IMG/VR virus record: IMGVR_UViG_3300033233_000017
Coordinates: 1 to 64,000 of that record
DNA length: 64,000 bases
Reading direction: 5' to 3' (one strand)
DNA from: a virus
The translations under genes were made by a program, and so were the position numbers. Numbering within the stretch: position 1 is the first letter of the stretch; each line of letters opens with the position of its first letter. This document shows positions 49,501 through 58,910 of this stretch, one piece after another. The notes beneath the pieces were generated by a model, which was not told the origin of the DNA, ran no database searches, and saw nothing but the letters and a program-made list of their open reading frames with translations.

Positions 49501-52500
49501 ACTTCCTTGGCAGTCCCGTCCTTCCGCCCTGATTTGACGCTGGGAGGCTCGATTGATTTCGGGGATGGATTCGGCGTCTCGGTTGGTGAGAGATCCAGCG
49601 CTTGCTGCGGTTGTTCGTCGATGGGCTTACCGGAGAAGAGGGCGCTGCCCTCCATGTCCGGAGCGGCCACTCCCTGCTTGGCGTTTAACTCTGCTTCGAG
49701 TTGGGCTTTTTGGATGGAGGCTGATCGGGACTCATTGGCGCGTGCGTTTTCTGTGGCGACAGCTTCGGGGTTCCTTCCGAAGAGATCTCCCACCCCGGAG
49801 CCAGTCCCAGTTTCACTGCTCGGACTATCGACGCCAGCACTTGTTCCTTTTCCTCCGCTGAGAGTTTCTTGTAGGGCCTCTCGGACGCGCTCATAAGTCC
49901 GGGCGCGGACTTCGGCTGGTTTTCCGCCTTCGGCAAGTTCACGTGCTCCCTCCTGCAATGCTTCGTTGATGGGGCCGGCGCTGTAGGCTAGTCTACCGTA
50001 TAGCTCCTGCGCTTGCCGCGCCGATTGCGCGACTTCGGCGTTCTTGTCGGTTTGGATGACGTTACCGGATTCGCTCAACCGCTTCGCAGACGCTTCCGAG
50101 GAGACCGCGCCGAACAGTTTCTTCTCCTGCAAGATGCGCTGCTTGACGTAATCTGATAATCCAGCCATCTCGGGAAGGAGATTCACCGTGGCCTCTTCCG
50201 TCCCGAACAAGGTCTCTTCCGACTTCGTTTTCTTGGGCGCACCTTTGGCGAGTTTGATCAGCTCGACCAATCCCCGATTGGTGACGTCGGGACGCTCGGA
50301 CAGTAGCTTTACCAACGCTTCCTGCGCCGGATGGTTGTCTCCCAACATGTTCCCGATGATGACGCCGCGCGCCACTGTGATCTCTTCGTCCACGATCTGA
50401 CGGAATATGGGGTCGGTCAACTTCGAGAGCGCCATGCCCTCGCCTGCTTTGGACTCGCGCAGGGTTAGACCGCGCTGCGCTAGGTCCGCTGGCGTCAGGT
50501 TCGAGTCGCGGAACAGTTTCGCGGCGTCTATGGCGCTTCCGCGCCCTTCTCCGATATTCATGAGCGCCCCGGCGACACGCGCCGCTTGCGGCGTCTTCGC
50601 GTCGTCGAGGTACTGCGCCCGCATGTTCTCTACTCCGAGGCGCTTGGCAAGTTGCAACCGATGATGCCCGTTTACCACGAAGGTCTTCTTCGCTACCGGG
50701 TCCCACCATAGCCAGATTGTGCCAGCTTGCTTGGGGTCCCAGACCGAGACGTCCCGCAGTAGGTCCGTGGTGCCGCCTTGCCCGATGGCGTCCATCTTGT
50801 ACTGAAAGCGATTCGGATCGGCTTCGATGTCCGCCGTGGGCACGATCACCGAGTCCTGATCGGATGGATATGCCGGACGTCCGTTCGGAAGCTTGGAAGT
50901 AGGCGTTGCGGTAGGCGCTACAACCGGCGCTACAACCGGCGCTACAACCGGGGCTACAACCGGGGCCGCTGGAGCGGGAGGAATAGTTTGGGCAACAGGA
51001 GCGGCGGCGGGGGGAACGCCGATGCCGCTGGAGGCGGGAGCGGCGATGCTAGTGCTGCCCAAGGCCGGGGGTTCGGAGGCTGCGCGGATCTGGAGTTCCC
51101 GTTGAGGTGGCTCGGCCCCCTGCGGGGACATCACCACGCGACGTTGATCTTGCCGCAGTTGTTCGAGTTGCAGATTAAGAGTATCCGGAGTCTCCGGAGT
51201 GGTGGAAAGCGCGGCGCTCTTGGGAGCAGCAGCGGGCGGTTCCGCAACCGGAATTCCCATGTCCGTCAGGACCGCCTTGTAAGCGCTCTGCGCTCCCAAG
51301 CTTTCCGCGCCGTGCAGGGCGACTTCGTAGCGATAGCGCAGGCCCAACGGTAGACCGTCGATAGTGGCCTGAATCTGCTGCTGGATCGCGTCGTGCTGTT
51401 GCCGCAGTTCTGGCAGGTTGGTCACGGCACCACGCCGCAATGTTCCTTCGCGGATCTGCTCAGACAGCGGTTGCGCCTGGGCTTCCAGCGCCGCGATCTT
51501 CGCCTGGACTTCCTGTACCTGCGGATCAGCCTTGGCGTTTGGCGTAGCCTGCGGTTCCGGTTGCTTGCTCACCACCTCAAACGATTTCACTTCCGGCGCT
51601 CGTGGCGTGGAGATCGGCGGCATCGGGATCGCCGGTCGCGCTGCTTCCGCAGTGGCGGGAGCGGCAGGCGGCGGAGATACCACCTCGAATGGCTTTACCA
51701 CGGGACGGTGAGCTACCAGGAGCGGAGTTCCTGCCGCTCCTGGTAGAAGCGGTGTCCCTGCGGGCGCGGACGGCATGGCGGGCTCCGGAGTCGCCGTCTG
51801 CGGCTCTCCTGCCGGTGGGAGCATGTTGAGGTTTTCCGGACGCCGCGCGGTGGGCCTTCCTATTCCCCGCGTGGGCACCCCTTCCATCACCACGCCAGCG
51901 GCAATCGAGGCTGGCAGTAGCAGGTTCAGCGCCGTCTCGATGTCTTTCTGGTACGACTCCAGTTCCTTTCCTTGGCCCTTCAGCGCCTTGGACTGCCGGC
52001 GCGCTTCGATCCCGCCTTCGAGTCCCATGGCGGTGAAAGCCACCTGGGGACCGCGCCTCAGAGCTTCGTAGATGGCGTCCCGCACAATGGGGACACGGTT
52101 CAGGGTTGCAGCAACACGTGGAGCTTGTACCAGTTTCCCCAGTGCGCCAACTACGCCGGTCGCGGCAAGCATGGAGGCAAGGCCGTCCGCTGATACGAAC
52201 CCGAGCGCCGTGCCGAGGAACGCGTTGCGCCACGCTTCCGGCTTCGTCTTGGGCGCGGGAAGGTATCCACCATAGCCACTCCACGCGCCTTCCATGACTT
52301 TCTGCGCTTCGGGAGATCCGAGGTCAGCCTTTCCCCACTCCGCGCCGGAGAGCGCCACACCTTTCTCGCGGGCGGGCATTTGCGCGAAACCTTCGACCGA
52401 CTGCTGGATACGCTGCTGTACGCCAGGGTCGAGCATGGCGTCCTGCGGCGGCGCGGGCACCTTGGGCGGGTTCGCCGCGATCTGACGCGCGCCTTCCGAA

Positions 52501-52907
52501 ATCTGCGTGTCCGCGTTGGCGTATGCCTGCGCCAAGGGGATCGGAGGTTGCGCGCCGGGAACTCCAGGAGCCTTCGGAACACCGAAACTACCGGAAGTGA
52601 GACGCCCGATCTCGTCGCTGGCCTGCTTCTTCGAGAGCTTCGGCGGCGCGGGTGGCGCGGGTGGCTCCATGCTCACCGCGACCGGAGCAGTTGGCGCGGG
52701 AGTATGCGCGCGTACGTTGAGTTCCTGCTGTGCTTCGGGAAACTTACTGAACCAGAGTTGCCGTTTGGCCTCTTGGGGAAGATCAATGGCGTCGAACGAG
52801 TCGATGAATTGTCGGCGGTCCTGCGCTCCGTAGAACGCTTTCCAGGCTTGGTCCTTGACCTCCATCGGAACCGCTGTACTGTCCAGGATCGACTTGATAT
52901 CGGGCAT
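43560..52907 (-). CDS. 3115-aa polyvalent (DarB-like) probable ejected virion protein: ParB-like, SF2 helicase, MutS-I-like, 2H phosphoesterase, ART-like and zincin domains
   Basis: VVNGHHRL; GGTGSGKT/EESH/TATP/QLLGRIWR; GDYIEFFGNDAEKVA; HVTVKYG..HVTVAY; YRG..FFS..GEF; HEIQH; last gene of the virion operon. Confidence 0.8.
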   Translation of the reverse strand: MPDIKSILDSTAVPMEVKDQAWKAFYGAQDRRQFIDSFDAIDLPQEAKRQLWFSKFPEAQQELNVRAHTPAPTAPVAVSMEPPAPPAPPKLSKKQASDEIGRLTSGSFGVPKAPGVPGAQPPIPLAQAYANADTQISEGARQIAANPPKVPAPPQDAMLDPGVQQRIQQSVEGFAQMPAREKGVALSGAEWGKADLGSPEAQKVMEGAWSGYGGYLPAPKTKPEAWRNAFLGTALGFVSADGLASMLAATGVVGALGKLVQAPRVAATLNRVPIVRDAIYEALRRGPQVAFTAMGLEGGIEARRQSKALKGQGKELESYQKDIETALNLLLPASIAAGVVMEGVPTRGIGRPTARRPENLNMLPPAGEPQTATPEPAMPSAPAGTPLLPGAAGTPLLVAHRPVVKPFEVVSPPPAAPATAEAARPAIPMPPISTPRAPEVKSFEVVSKQPEPQATPNAKADPQVQEVQAKIAALEAQAQPLSEQIREGTLRRGAVTNLPELRQQHDAIQQQIQATIDGLPLGLRYRYEVALHGAESLGAQSAYKAVLTDMGIPVAEPPAAAPKSAALSTTPETPDTLNLQLEQLRQDQRRVVMSPQGAEPPQRELQIRAASEPPALGSTSIAAPASSGIGVPPAAAPVAQTIPPAPAAPVVAPVVAPVVAPVVAPTATPTSKLPNGRPAYPSDQDSVIVPTADIEADPNRFQYKMDAIGQGGTTDLLRDVSVWDPKQAGTIWLWWDPVAKKTFVVNGHHRLQLAKRLGVENMRAQYLDDAKTPQAARVAGALMNIGEGRGSAIDAAKLFRDSNLTPADLAQRGLTLRESKAGEGMALSKLTDPIFRQIVDEEITVARGVIIGNMLGDNHPAQEALVKLLSERPDVTNRGLVELIKLAKGAPKKTKSEETLFGTEEATVNLLPEMAGLSDYVKQRILQEKKLFGAVSSEASAKRLSESGNVIQTDKNAEVAQSARQAQELYGRLAYSAGPINEALQEGARELAEGGKPAEVRARTYERVREALQETLSGGKGTSAGVDSPSSETGTGSGVGDLFGRNPEAVATENARANESRSASIQKAQLEAELNAKQGVAAPDMEGSALFSGKPIDEQPQQALDLSPTETPNPSPKSIEPPSVKSGRKDGTAKEVLGRYVDPIEILRDRATSSLDIHGKPTGWLRAETENGAVLIHPSMDRVVRFEASNQQSGTEVLRARTEASAFAIDNPIEAKSPELSGELVVKPIYSKEPPAPENAKPSVAGPPKPAKAVPVKVTDKSVRDFPVTIKVANGVITGSLRLAGKTYPTITIPVDKWPTEKTAKHFGNPRYDQRQLVRAEMERAGVASFTEEGAKNAERIADAHVSAILKALAPAVAAPPKASQKVPSGPASKEVIQPAEPPKKEAPRSGNDAPKTILDMTPDEVMAKALEQFQAAKAKKKVGNFQQNGGGEPPPFEFPASMSKSDIEEFQDFFKGWYKQQIESIIESKQVSLGDERLQRHLAAFPDLKAKYAENAQSAPVAPPTLGTAKPATGAGPGHPQPNAGADLGLGRPLHGGSGADGHAANNEAASGRSQELPTGKISKQIITVGNPPTLGASSVPKPKTATLAPHQEQAAAAAAKEIETGGGMLNAGGTGSGKTPASAAVAKYFLDQGKAVFLAGPAEVFKFPKPNSDWPTGSYEFWLKEYGIAPIRYHEGITKFEPGKFYISTYEKCGTAPVDKNTVFISEESHAAKNIGSSARSGIITRLADDAHGVLFLTATPADKPYHIGYLKRIGILEGQSEAAAIAKLGMELVEHENSKGQTFTRWEIRKGFTPAQVRKNFTALFGRMIEQGKMRKEEISLDGLDIHALNMVLPAEGKADLDFIDKAMMTPNPAVRLMHLRRQQEPFKVASTIKLAQKELAEGRKVIIFTSRVNRSDVKNKHKLRNQYGEVVDEWEEVIYSSEGTAKTLKAELIKAGIDPSRIAELHGGAEEKGAEAMRRFQDNEADIVIATAKSGGTGINLDDTTGKHPRTVVVMTPEFDAMSNVQLLGRIWRMTTESKGRVFYLFADTPIDRWNAKVFSEKMKTLSSIVQGESKKMDVGAYYGVDEQDALREYLASEASGGKFESTGRKQQTLTGSIYGDYIEFFGNDAEKVAEITGVPIHTAKNGKVIAGFPQSEQQKYGDMLSDAGIKLGTKFRDSQSMWHRRTRTPPRFQRTGEPPSKEMESEPWRHEFSSTQVNLPASLASKVKAEAAKIPGRDLAANGRETEPHVTVKYGLHTSDPAKVRALLANEPPVTVKLGKTSLSQNDDADVVKIDVDSPDLRRLNKKISGALEVTDTHPTYKPHVTVAYVKPGRGEQYAGSAALDGKNVTIDRVKFSGKDGNKVEIPLGGKAYARPSAKEPDTNTAEIAFYGHSRLQDGYVYRGSEGEAELQKILSSGKIESSGETAARLKKTQHAGLTFFSDRPSIATSYIAKPGYLLEVKKTASLVHEGAGEFSSKTPIPASNIARVLRIEHDAEGPYAVDVTNEVMKSPTSARIQETPKPPVRGPSFQKTTEAVEEPPQLAPMWFSPTAKALEAKMPAAASAEQVTNIVRQFGKADEAKWTGLDDWLESKKGQKVSKAEVLDYLKQNAVEVKEITHSPAGGKTGPEWAEEARRLEREAQWRQRNGAPAAEVQQIWDQHAEAVRHYEQAERYDLSKQIDSVLARKQSDGKFTLSYTPKGSGDYDIVPGTFEPKDLAEKIVTDAQTKPTGEALEYSGLDLKVGGSGMASFYDKILPAYANKYAKKWGAKVGTVRVPGEDVVGMKGVPARYHELHSLDITPEMRKSVLYEGQPQFQKAGNTAVAEPPKALRAPSGLNDNPVLPTDKPMDIFGKADFRYRDRAGAKPAHLFINDAAMRVLRAAFSHINETPVPSFGGVHITAEDATSLSGLLREDPYPNMTSESRSALIRLADAIDHAINTNDEHGFVMVTTEGQTLASVKGAFRHEIQHRHQAAIGKMFNYESMEIHPLYRRASQRLVERYEYEQDPDTLVREVMADGMSGGYARLGLTLEEDISLMSDMLQKVFEHHGERVYDFYRYASPRVRSGILARQHNVAEGGSEPSQGAGEGAVRKAGSGQPPSRSLSRERAKILRGGNAPDVRFKKVVEPPRK
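50914..50961 (-). repeat. 4 x 12-bp tandem repeat (VVAP)
   Basis: GG(C/G)GCTACAACC x4. Confidence 0.8.
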
Positions 52908-52910
52908 GGC

Positions 52911-55091
52911 CTATTGCGCTCCAAAGGGATCAGGATTGGAATATCGGTCGGTCTGTACGGCTCCTCCGCGCGTCGGCGGCATAGAGACTCCGAAGGCAGG
53001 AGGACCGCCCTGCTCAGGCGGAAGTGCCGCGCCAGATTGGTCCTTCGCCTGAGAGTAACCCTGTTGCGCTTTCTTGTTCGCGTCAGCGGTGCGCAGAGCG
53101 GTGGCAATCATCGGTTGCGAGAGTAGCTTCTGCCCCCACTTGTTGATGAACTGTTTGGACTCCGCCATCCTGCCCTTCTCCGCCAACTGGAGGCCATTGA
53201 GAAGTAAGTCGTTTATGACTCTGTTCTTGGCGCTGTACGCGATGAGCCCAGGGATAAGACCGAACGCCAACCATGCTGGATTGTGGGTAGCGATGGAGGT
53301 TCCGGCCATCCCGCCTGAGAATAGGTTCCCCACGGAGGAGAGCATACTGTACATAGTCTGCGTGCGCGGAGATCCTCCAACTCCCACCCTGCTCAGTGCG
53401 TCGGCCAGATCCGAGAGACGCTGCAACTCGTTCTGCCCTCCAGGACCGAAGAGGGCCTGGAGCGTGGGCATCCCGACGTCTTCCATGCGTTTCTTCATCC
53501 CGATCAGGTAATCCATGGACTGGTTCGGAGTAGCCTTTGGAACTGAAACTCCGCCTAGAATTTGATCGCGTACGTATTGGTCCTTGAAAATTCCCCACCG
53601 CCGTTGAGCCACGGCTTTTTCTGCCGTAGATCCGTAGCGCATTGGGTACTCGTACAGGGCTTCCCGGACCGCAAATGCTTGGCTCGGGTTGGAGCCCACC
53701 ATCCCGAGGATGCTTTCGGGGATCTCCGCCGTCGCCATGCGACTGACGTTACTGCGGCCAAAGATGCCCATGCCCTCCTGGTAGAAGCGGTTGGCGTCCT
53801 GCCATTTCCTCAAGGCGTCTTGCGCCAGCGCGTTCCCGCGTCCGGCTTCCGCCTGAATCGCGTCCGTGATGGCCCCGGTGAATTTCTTCGCCAACCCTTC
53901 GGCTTGGTTGGCATCGACGGCGTTGAGTTCCGGGGTGTACTTCATCAGGCGCGACCGGATCTCTTTCAACTTGTCCAGTTTGACGAAGGGGAGTTGTTCG
54001 CCTTCCCCGAGATTCGCCATATCCTCCAAAAGCTGCTTTGTGTTTGGGCTCAGTGAGAACGACTTAGCGGACCCCTGCGTAGTTTCGGCCAGCCTTTCTT
54101 CTGCGGTCAGCATCGCTCTGGCGGTATCTCGTAGGTCCCGAACCGGAATCGTCACGTTCGGCGCAATCTCGTCGAATGCCTGATATGCCCGGTCTGCCTG
54201 TTTCCGGAATACCTGTTCTCCGACCTTAATCCCGCGCTGTCCCTGCCGTGCAGCAAGAGCCACCTTCCCCGTAGACCAGGGAGTGATATTCTGCAACTCC
54301 TGTTGGACAGCGTTCTCCCCCGCTACCATGGATTTAGAGCGGCGTAGATTCGCAATACTTCCTCCCACGAGAGATGTTTCTCCGATATATTGCATCGGTT
54401 GGCCGATCTCTCCCGCAATGCTGCCGGTCGCCAAGGCTGGAGCCGGAACGTTGAGGCTGTACTGATCGCTCATGGCCTTCGCCCCGACGTTCTCAGGACG
54501 TTCCGCGCCCGCCCTGAAGATCCCGGTCGCGCCTTTATGGAGCAACCCTGCCGCCGCGCCGAAACCTGCCTGTTTCGTGCCTTCCCAAGTCGCGGTCTTG
54601 ATGGCGTCCCACCAACTCTGTGGAGCACGCGGACCGCCTAGCGCATACTGCGCGACCTGGTCTATCGCGCTACCAACCGCGCCAAGCGCCACGTCCTTGG
54701 CAACTCCCAGTGGGGTGCCTTTGAGAATACGTCCCGCGATGGGGATCTTGTTAATGCCAAAACTCCCGATAGTAGTCGCAATATCGGGAGCCGCCGATGC
54801 AAAGCCGAGTACTGCGCCGCGCACGTCAATGGGTTTAGCTTTTTGGTATCCCAGGGACTCGTTCCGCGCCTCCTGGTTCAAAGAAGGAGGTCCTCCGAAG
54901 CCACCTGGAGATCCGGGAGCTCCGATCAATTGATAGCGGTCTGGGTGGTCCTGAACGAGACGGCCCACCAGTTGGTCATCGGGAAGTTGCGAGACGGGAT
55001 CGGATTGTCCGGCGCGCTCGCGGTAAATCCGCGCCGCGTCCTGGACCGTCCACTTGGTCCCATCCATCTTCTGGAGATAGGGCTCGGCCAT
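52911..55091 (-). CDS. Probable internal virion/ejection protein
   Basis: 726-aa Ala/Gly-rich helical ORF; AAGGAG RBS; synteny. Confidence 0.6.
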   Translation of the reverse strand: MAEPYLQKMDGTKWTVQDAARIYRERAGQSDPVSQLPDDQLVGRLVQDHPDRYQLIGAPGSPGGFGGPPSLNQEARNESLGYQKAKPIDVRGAVLGFASAAPDIATTIGSFGINKIPIAGRILKGTPLGVAKDVALGAVGSAIDQVAQYALGGPRAPQSWWDAIKTATWEGTKQAGFGAAAGLLHKGATGIFRAGAERPENVGAKAMSDQYSLNVPAPALATGSIAGEIGQPMQYIGETSLVGGSIANLRRSKSMVAGENAVQQELQNITPWSTGKVALAARQGQRGIKVGEQVFRKQADRAYQAFDEIAPNVTIPVRDLRDTARAMLTAEERLAETTQGSAKSFSLSPNTKQLLEDMANLGEGEQLPFVKLDKLKEIRSRLMKYTPELNAVDANQAEGLAKKFTGAITDAIQAEAGRGNALAQDALRKWQDANRFYQEGMGIFGRSNVSRMATAEIPESILGMVGSNPSQAFAVREALYEYPMRYGSTAEKAVAQRRWGIFKDQYVRDQILGGVSVPKATPNQSMDYLIGMKKRMEDVGMPTLQALFGPGGQNELQRLSDLADALSRVGVGGSPRTQTMYSMLSSVGNLFSGGMAGTSIATHNPAWLAFGLIPGLIAYSAKNRVINDLLLNGLQLAEKGRMAESKQFINKWGQKLLSQPMIATALRTADANKKAQQGYSQAKDQSGAALPPEQGGPPAFGVSMPPTRGGAVQTDRYSNPDPFGAQ

Positions 55092-55100
55092 GGCTTCTCC

Positions 55101-57551
55101 TTACAGTACGGGCTGTGCCCTGCTTCCCGCTGCTGGTCGCTCCGGAGCCCGCTTCGCTCCGGGAGCCAGGAAGAGTTCAGGGTGCTGCTTGTACACCTCG
55201 TTCAGCGCTCCCGCCTTGCGCAACTGCTCGTAGTACCCTCCGAGGACTTCCTGCATGGTGAGTGGCACGTTCGGATGCGCGGCCTTGAACCGCTGTACCT
55301 GCTCGGGACGCCAATTGTTCATCTGCGCGCGCACGGTCAGCACATCGTCCTGCGCAAACAGCGCCACACGTTCATAGGCCAAGCCTTGCGATTGTCCCGG
55401 CTCAGGGAACAACCGCTGGACACGCACCTCGTCCTGATTGGTGATGCGGTAGTTGTCGTTTCCGATGACCTTGGCGGGTGTGTTCAGTTTTCCTTTCAAC
55501 CTCTCGAATGGGGCTTCCGCATCGGGGTTCACTGCGAGCGAAAGCGGCCCAAGGAACTTCTGCACCAGCCCGGACTTAGATGGGTTAAACCGATTCAGGA
55601 ACTCCATCATGTCCGGGAGCAGGTAACCATTCGCCTCCACCGCTGCGAGTTTGTCGCGCTGCGTCTTGGTGAGCCTACGGAGGTTCTGCGCACGCATGGC
55701 TGCGTCGATGGCGGCATAGTCGCCCTTCTCCGCACCCTCCACTTTGTCACCTTGAATCATCTGACCAGTGGCGTACTGATCGGTCAATTCTCCAATCCGC
55801 GCGTCGTCGTACTGGCGCGGAGCAGCTTTGGACATGCGCGCGCCGGCGGGAATGCCGGGAGGCGCAGCCATGGCTCCTGCCGTCCCTTGCGTCGGTACAG
55901 CGTACGGAGAAGGCGGAATCCCTCCAGGGGTCGCTAGTGCCACGTTCGCAGGAGCCCGCGATGCCCGCGCAGGCGGCTTGGGTGGATTCGGAACACCTGG
56001 GGCATTGGGAGATTCCGTCGTTACAGGCGCAGCCCCGGAGCGGCGCTGCGTCGGCGGGAATCCGAAGTACTGATACTGCTCTCCGCCAGGACCAGTGTAA
56101 GTCATGAGTTGCGCGCCAGGAAGCGAGTCGGAATAGAGGTAGTCGCCCTTCGTGTCCTTCAGATACTCAGGCGGTTGTCCGGGCACGATGCGCGCCAGAA
56201 CCCGCTGTCCGCCTCCGGGAATCTGGACGGACTGAACGGATGGACGCGCTGGAACCGCCAAACCCGCCTTAATTGCTCCGGGGATGAGCGTCTTCGTCTT
56301 TGCGTCATAGACGCCGACCGGCCTGCCCATAGCGTCAGCAATGGGAAGTCCCGAAAAAGTGGTTCCGTCTGGCGCTTGATAGTTATCCTGCTGCGCTCCA
56401 AACATGGCTTGGGAGAGGTAGATCTGCGCGGGAGTGACGCTTCCGGCAGGCGTCGGACCAGAACGCGATTCGCTGGCTTGTCGCACCCCGGTTTCCTGCG
56501 CTGGAGTTCCCGCTGTCGCGCCAGCTTGCGGAGCGGCTAGATTCGCGGGCATGGAACTCCACACCTGCCCTGCGGGAGACTGCGGACCTTGCGGAGTCTC
56601 CGTAGGCTGCGTGCCGGAGGCGGAAGATAGTGATTGCCCCGGTTTGCGCATTACGCCAAGTTCCTGCATCGCCTGTTTCGCGTAGAACACCTTCATCCCT
56701 TCCATCGTGTTGATGTTGGGAATATAGGGTCCTAGCGCCATCTGGAGTTGCGGGGGAATCTCGCCCGTGGGGTGATGCTCAAAGATAGGCGACATCACCT
56801 CTGCGAACTCAGGATCAGAAAGGATCGAGGCTTGATCCACCAGCGGTCCGTATTTGGCGGCGATTTCGGGAATCCTCTTAACTGCCGCATTGATCCTCGC
56901 CTGATCCCTGAATGCGAACGATTTCTCGGGCTTGGAGATGTCGGCCAAGGCGTTCTTCATGACCCGATCCGCGTTTTGCTGCGGCGTTAATCGCTTCGTC
57001 GTGCCCGCAGTCGTCCCCATCGGGTTTTGCAGATCCGCGCCGATGCCCAACGATCCTGTCGAGGGCGCTCCTTCCTGCACTTCGGTTGGAGTACCGGAAT
57101 TTGAGCGGCCACCGCCGAGCGCTGCATCCACAATCGGTCCGGCCTTCTGCGTGATGAAGTTCCACACATGCGCGGCTGGTCCGGCATCGGGTCCGAGCGG
57201 TTTATAGGGTTTCCCCTTTTCGTCGTGTGTCAGAAATGCCAGTTGTGCAGCTTGCAGGTCGGCAGTATGCTGACGGATAAATTCCGGATCAAGGCCGGAC
57301 TTTGCCAAAGTCTGCTGCATCCCCTGGAGCGCCTGCAATTGCTGATGCTTCTCCAATTCAGATTGCGCGAACTGGCGGGCACGCGCCTGGGAGAAGCCCT
57401 GCATGAAACTGGAGACAAGGTTGGCGACCTGCCCGCCTTTGCCTTCCCACCCGGATGCCTGCTGCGGACGCGGGTTGTAGTATGGCTGCGTGAGGTACTG
57501 GCTGAACGGTCCGTAGTCGAGATTGTCGATCTCACCCTGCCCTTGCGGCAT
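55101..57551 (-). CDS. Probable internal virion/ejection protein
   Basis: 816-aa Gln/Pro/Gly-rich ORF; AAGGAGG RBS; synteny. Confidence 0.6.
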   Translation of the reverse strand: MPQGQGEIDNLDYGPFSQYLTQPYYNPRPQQASGWEGKGGQVANLVSSFMQGFSQARARQFAQSELEKHQQLQALQGMQQTLAKSGLDPEFIRQHTADLQAAQLAFLTHDEKGKPYKPLGPDAGPAAHVWNFITQKAGPIVDAALGGGRSNSGTPTEVQEGAPSTGSLGIGADLQNPMGTTAGTTKRLTPQQNADRVMKNALADISKPEKSFAFRDQARINAAVKRIPEIAAKYGPLVDQASILSDPEFAEVMSPIFEHHPTGEIPPQLQMALGPYIPNINTMEGMKVFYAKQAMQELGVMRKPGQSLSSASGTQPTETPQGPQSPAGQVWSSMPANLAAPQAGATAGTPAQETGVRQASESRSGPTPAGSVTPAQIYLSQAMFGAQQDNYQAPDGTTFSGLPIADAMGRPVGVYDAKTKTLIPGAIKAGLAVPARPSVQSVQIPGGGQRVLARIVPGQPPEYLKDTKGDYLYSDSLPGAQLMTYTGPGGEQYQYFGFPPTQRRSGAAPVTTESPNAPGVPNPPKPPARASRAPANVALATPGGIPPSPYAVPTQGTAGAMAAPPGIPAGARMSKAAPRQYDDARIGELTDQYATGQMIQGDKVEGAEKGDYAAIDAAMRAQNLRRLTKTQRDKLAAVEANGYLLPDMMEFLNRFNPSKSGLVQKFLGPLSLAVNPDAEAPFERLKGKLNTPAKVIGNDNYRITNQDEVRVQRLFPEPGQSQGLAYERVALFAQDDVLTVRAQMNNWRPEQVQRFKAAHPNVPLTMQEVLGGYYEQLRKAGALNEVYKQHPELFLAPGAKRAPERPAAGSRAQPVL

Positions 57552-57560
57552 GTCCCCTCC

Positions 57561-58124
57561 TTATGGCTTTTTAAACGCTCCGCCACCCACTGCTGTCCCC
57601 GCGGCTCCGGCTAACTGCCCGAAGAACCCCATCGTCGTGGCCTTGCCTTGGGCGTCTTGCTGCATGACGTTGCCGATCATGGACGCCGCGCCTTCGTTCC
57701 CGCGCAGTCCCGCGCCGGTCTGCTGCAACGCCACCTGTGCGTTCTCTTTGCCCAAGTTCGCCAGCCCGCCGAAAGCGTTCATCCACGTGTCATTTAGGTA
57801 CTTCGAGACGGCATCGCCTTTGGCTGTCTGGGCGCTGGCAAGGGCGTAGTCCCGCCCCGCGCCTGCCGGAGTCTGTTCGAGGATGTTCTCTTTGGCCTGC
57901 TGATATTGCTTGGAGATGTTACTGACAGCGGGCGCGGTGGCTTGTGCGGACAGATCCCGGCTCCCGCCGATGATCTTCTGGAACAGGTCGGCAATGGGTT
58001 GTTCGTACTTGGTCTGCTTGTCGAAGCCCTGTTGCGCAAGGGCAGCCATCTTGTCCGCGACATCGGACTGCTTGCGTGCGGTCTCGCGCTCAAACGACTT
58101 GTCTTCCTGTTTAGGTCCCGACAC
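57561..58124 (-). CDS. Small ejection/pilot protein
   Basis: 187-aa Ala/Gly/Gln-rich ORF with a Gly-rich hydrophobic C-terminus. Confidence 0.55.
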   Translation of the reverse strand: MSGPKQEDKSFERETARKQSDVADKMAALAQQGFDKQTKYEQPIADLFQKIIGGSRDLSAQATAPAVSNISKQYQQAKENILEQTPAGAGRDYALASAQTAKGDAVSKYLNDTWMNAFGGLANLGKENAQVALQQTGAGLRGNEGAASMIGNVMQQDAQGKATTMGFFGQLAGAAGTAVGGGAFKKP

Positions 58125-58710
58125 TTACCACCTCCGTCTCTACCCACTCGCTACGCCATGCGTCCCGCTCCGCCATCGAAATCGCCACACTGCACAGGTT
58201 GTTCTTCCACGTCGTAAAGTTGGGGATCTGCGCTTCAATCTTCATGCCGATCAACTGCGCGTACCGGATCGCCAGCGCGTTCGGAAGCGGCGTCGTGCCG
58301 TAGCAGACGTTGACGTTCACCCGCTCAAATGCCCATTCGAGCATCATCTGACCGAAGCGCACTTTCGCCAAAGGAGAGTATCCATCGAAGAATGCAAAGC
58401 CCACTTCCGCCTTGCGGTGATCGCGCCCAATTTGAGTCACGGTGTTGATCCAGCCCATCCCGATAAACTCCGGGTCCCGGCCATCGGCGTATGTGCGCAT
58501 ACACGCGAGGAAGTTGTTCTTTGGATTGTCGGTCCAGTCCAGCCACCAGCGCAGATCGGGGACACCTTCGTAGAAGAGGATAGGGAGCGTGCCGTCCTGT
58601 GCCCACCGCAGATAGGCTACGGCCAGCATGGAGGCGTCCCGGCAGGGCGTCACCAGCAGGTCGCCACAGCGATAGGCGAGTTCTTCTTTGACTAGGCGCA
58701 AGCGTTCCAC
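58111..58710 (-). CDS. GNAT-like protein preceding the ejection genes
   Basis: AEVGFAFF...YGTTPLPNALAIRYAQLIGM. Confidence 0.65.
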   Translation of the reverse strand: MERLRLVKEELAYRCGDLLVTPCRDASMLAVAYLRWAQDGTLPILFYEGVPDLRWWLDWTDNPKNNFLACMRTYADGRDPEFIGMGWINTVTQIGRDHRKAEVGFAFFDGYSPLAKVRFGQMMLEWAFERVNVNVCYGTTPLPNALAIRYAQLIGMKIEAQIPNFTTWKNNLCSVAISMAERDAWRSEWVETEVVSVGT

Positions 58711-58910
58711 TACAATTCCAATTCTATAGGCGAATCAACTGGTTAGCCAGAAAAAGTTAAAGCTGAAGATGTGTTGTCAAGCCTAAGTTGTTGCAGGTAA
58801 CGATATTTGTCATCGCGCATACGTTTTCAAGAATCCGACACTCAACTCTTTTTGTAATCGTTTCAGTTACTTGCATACTTGTATACGAATACCGTAGTAC
58901 ACTGGGAAGC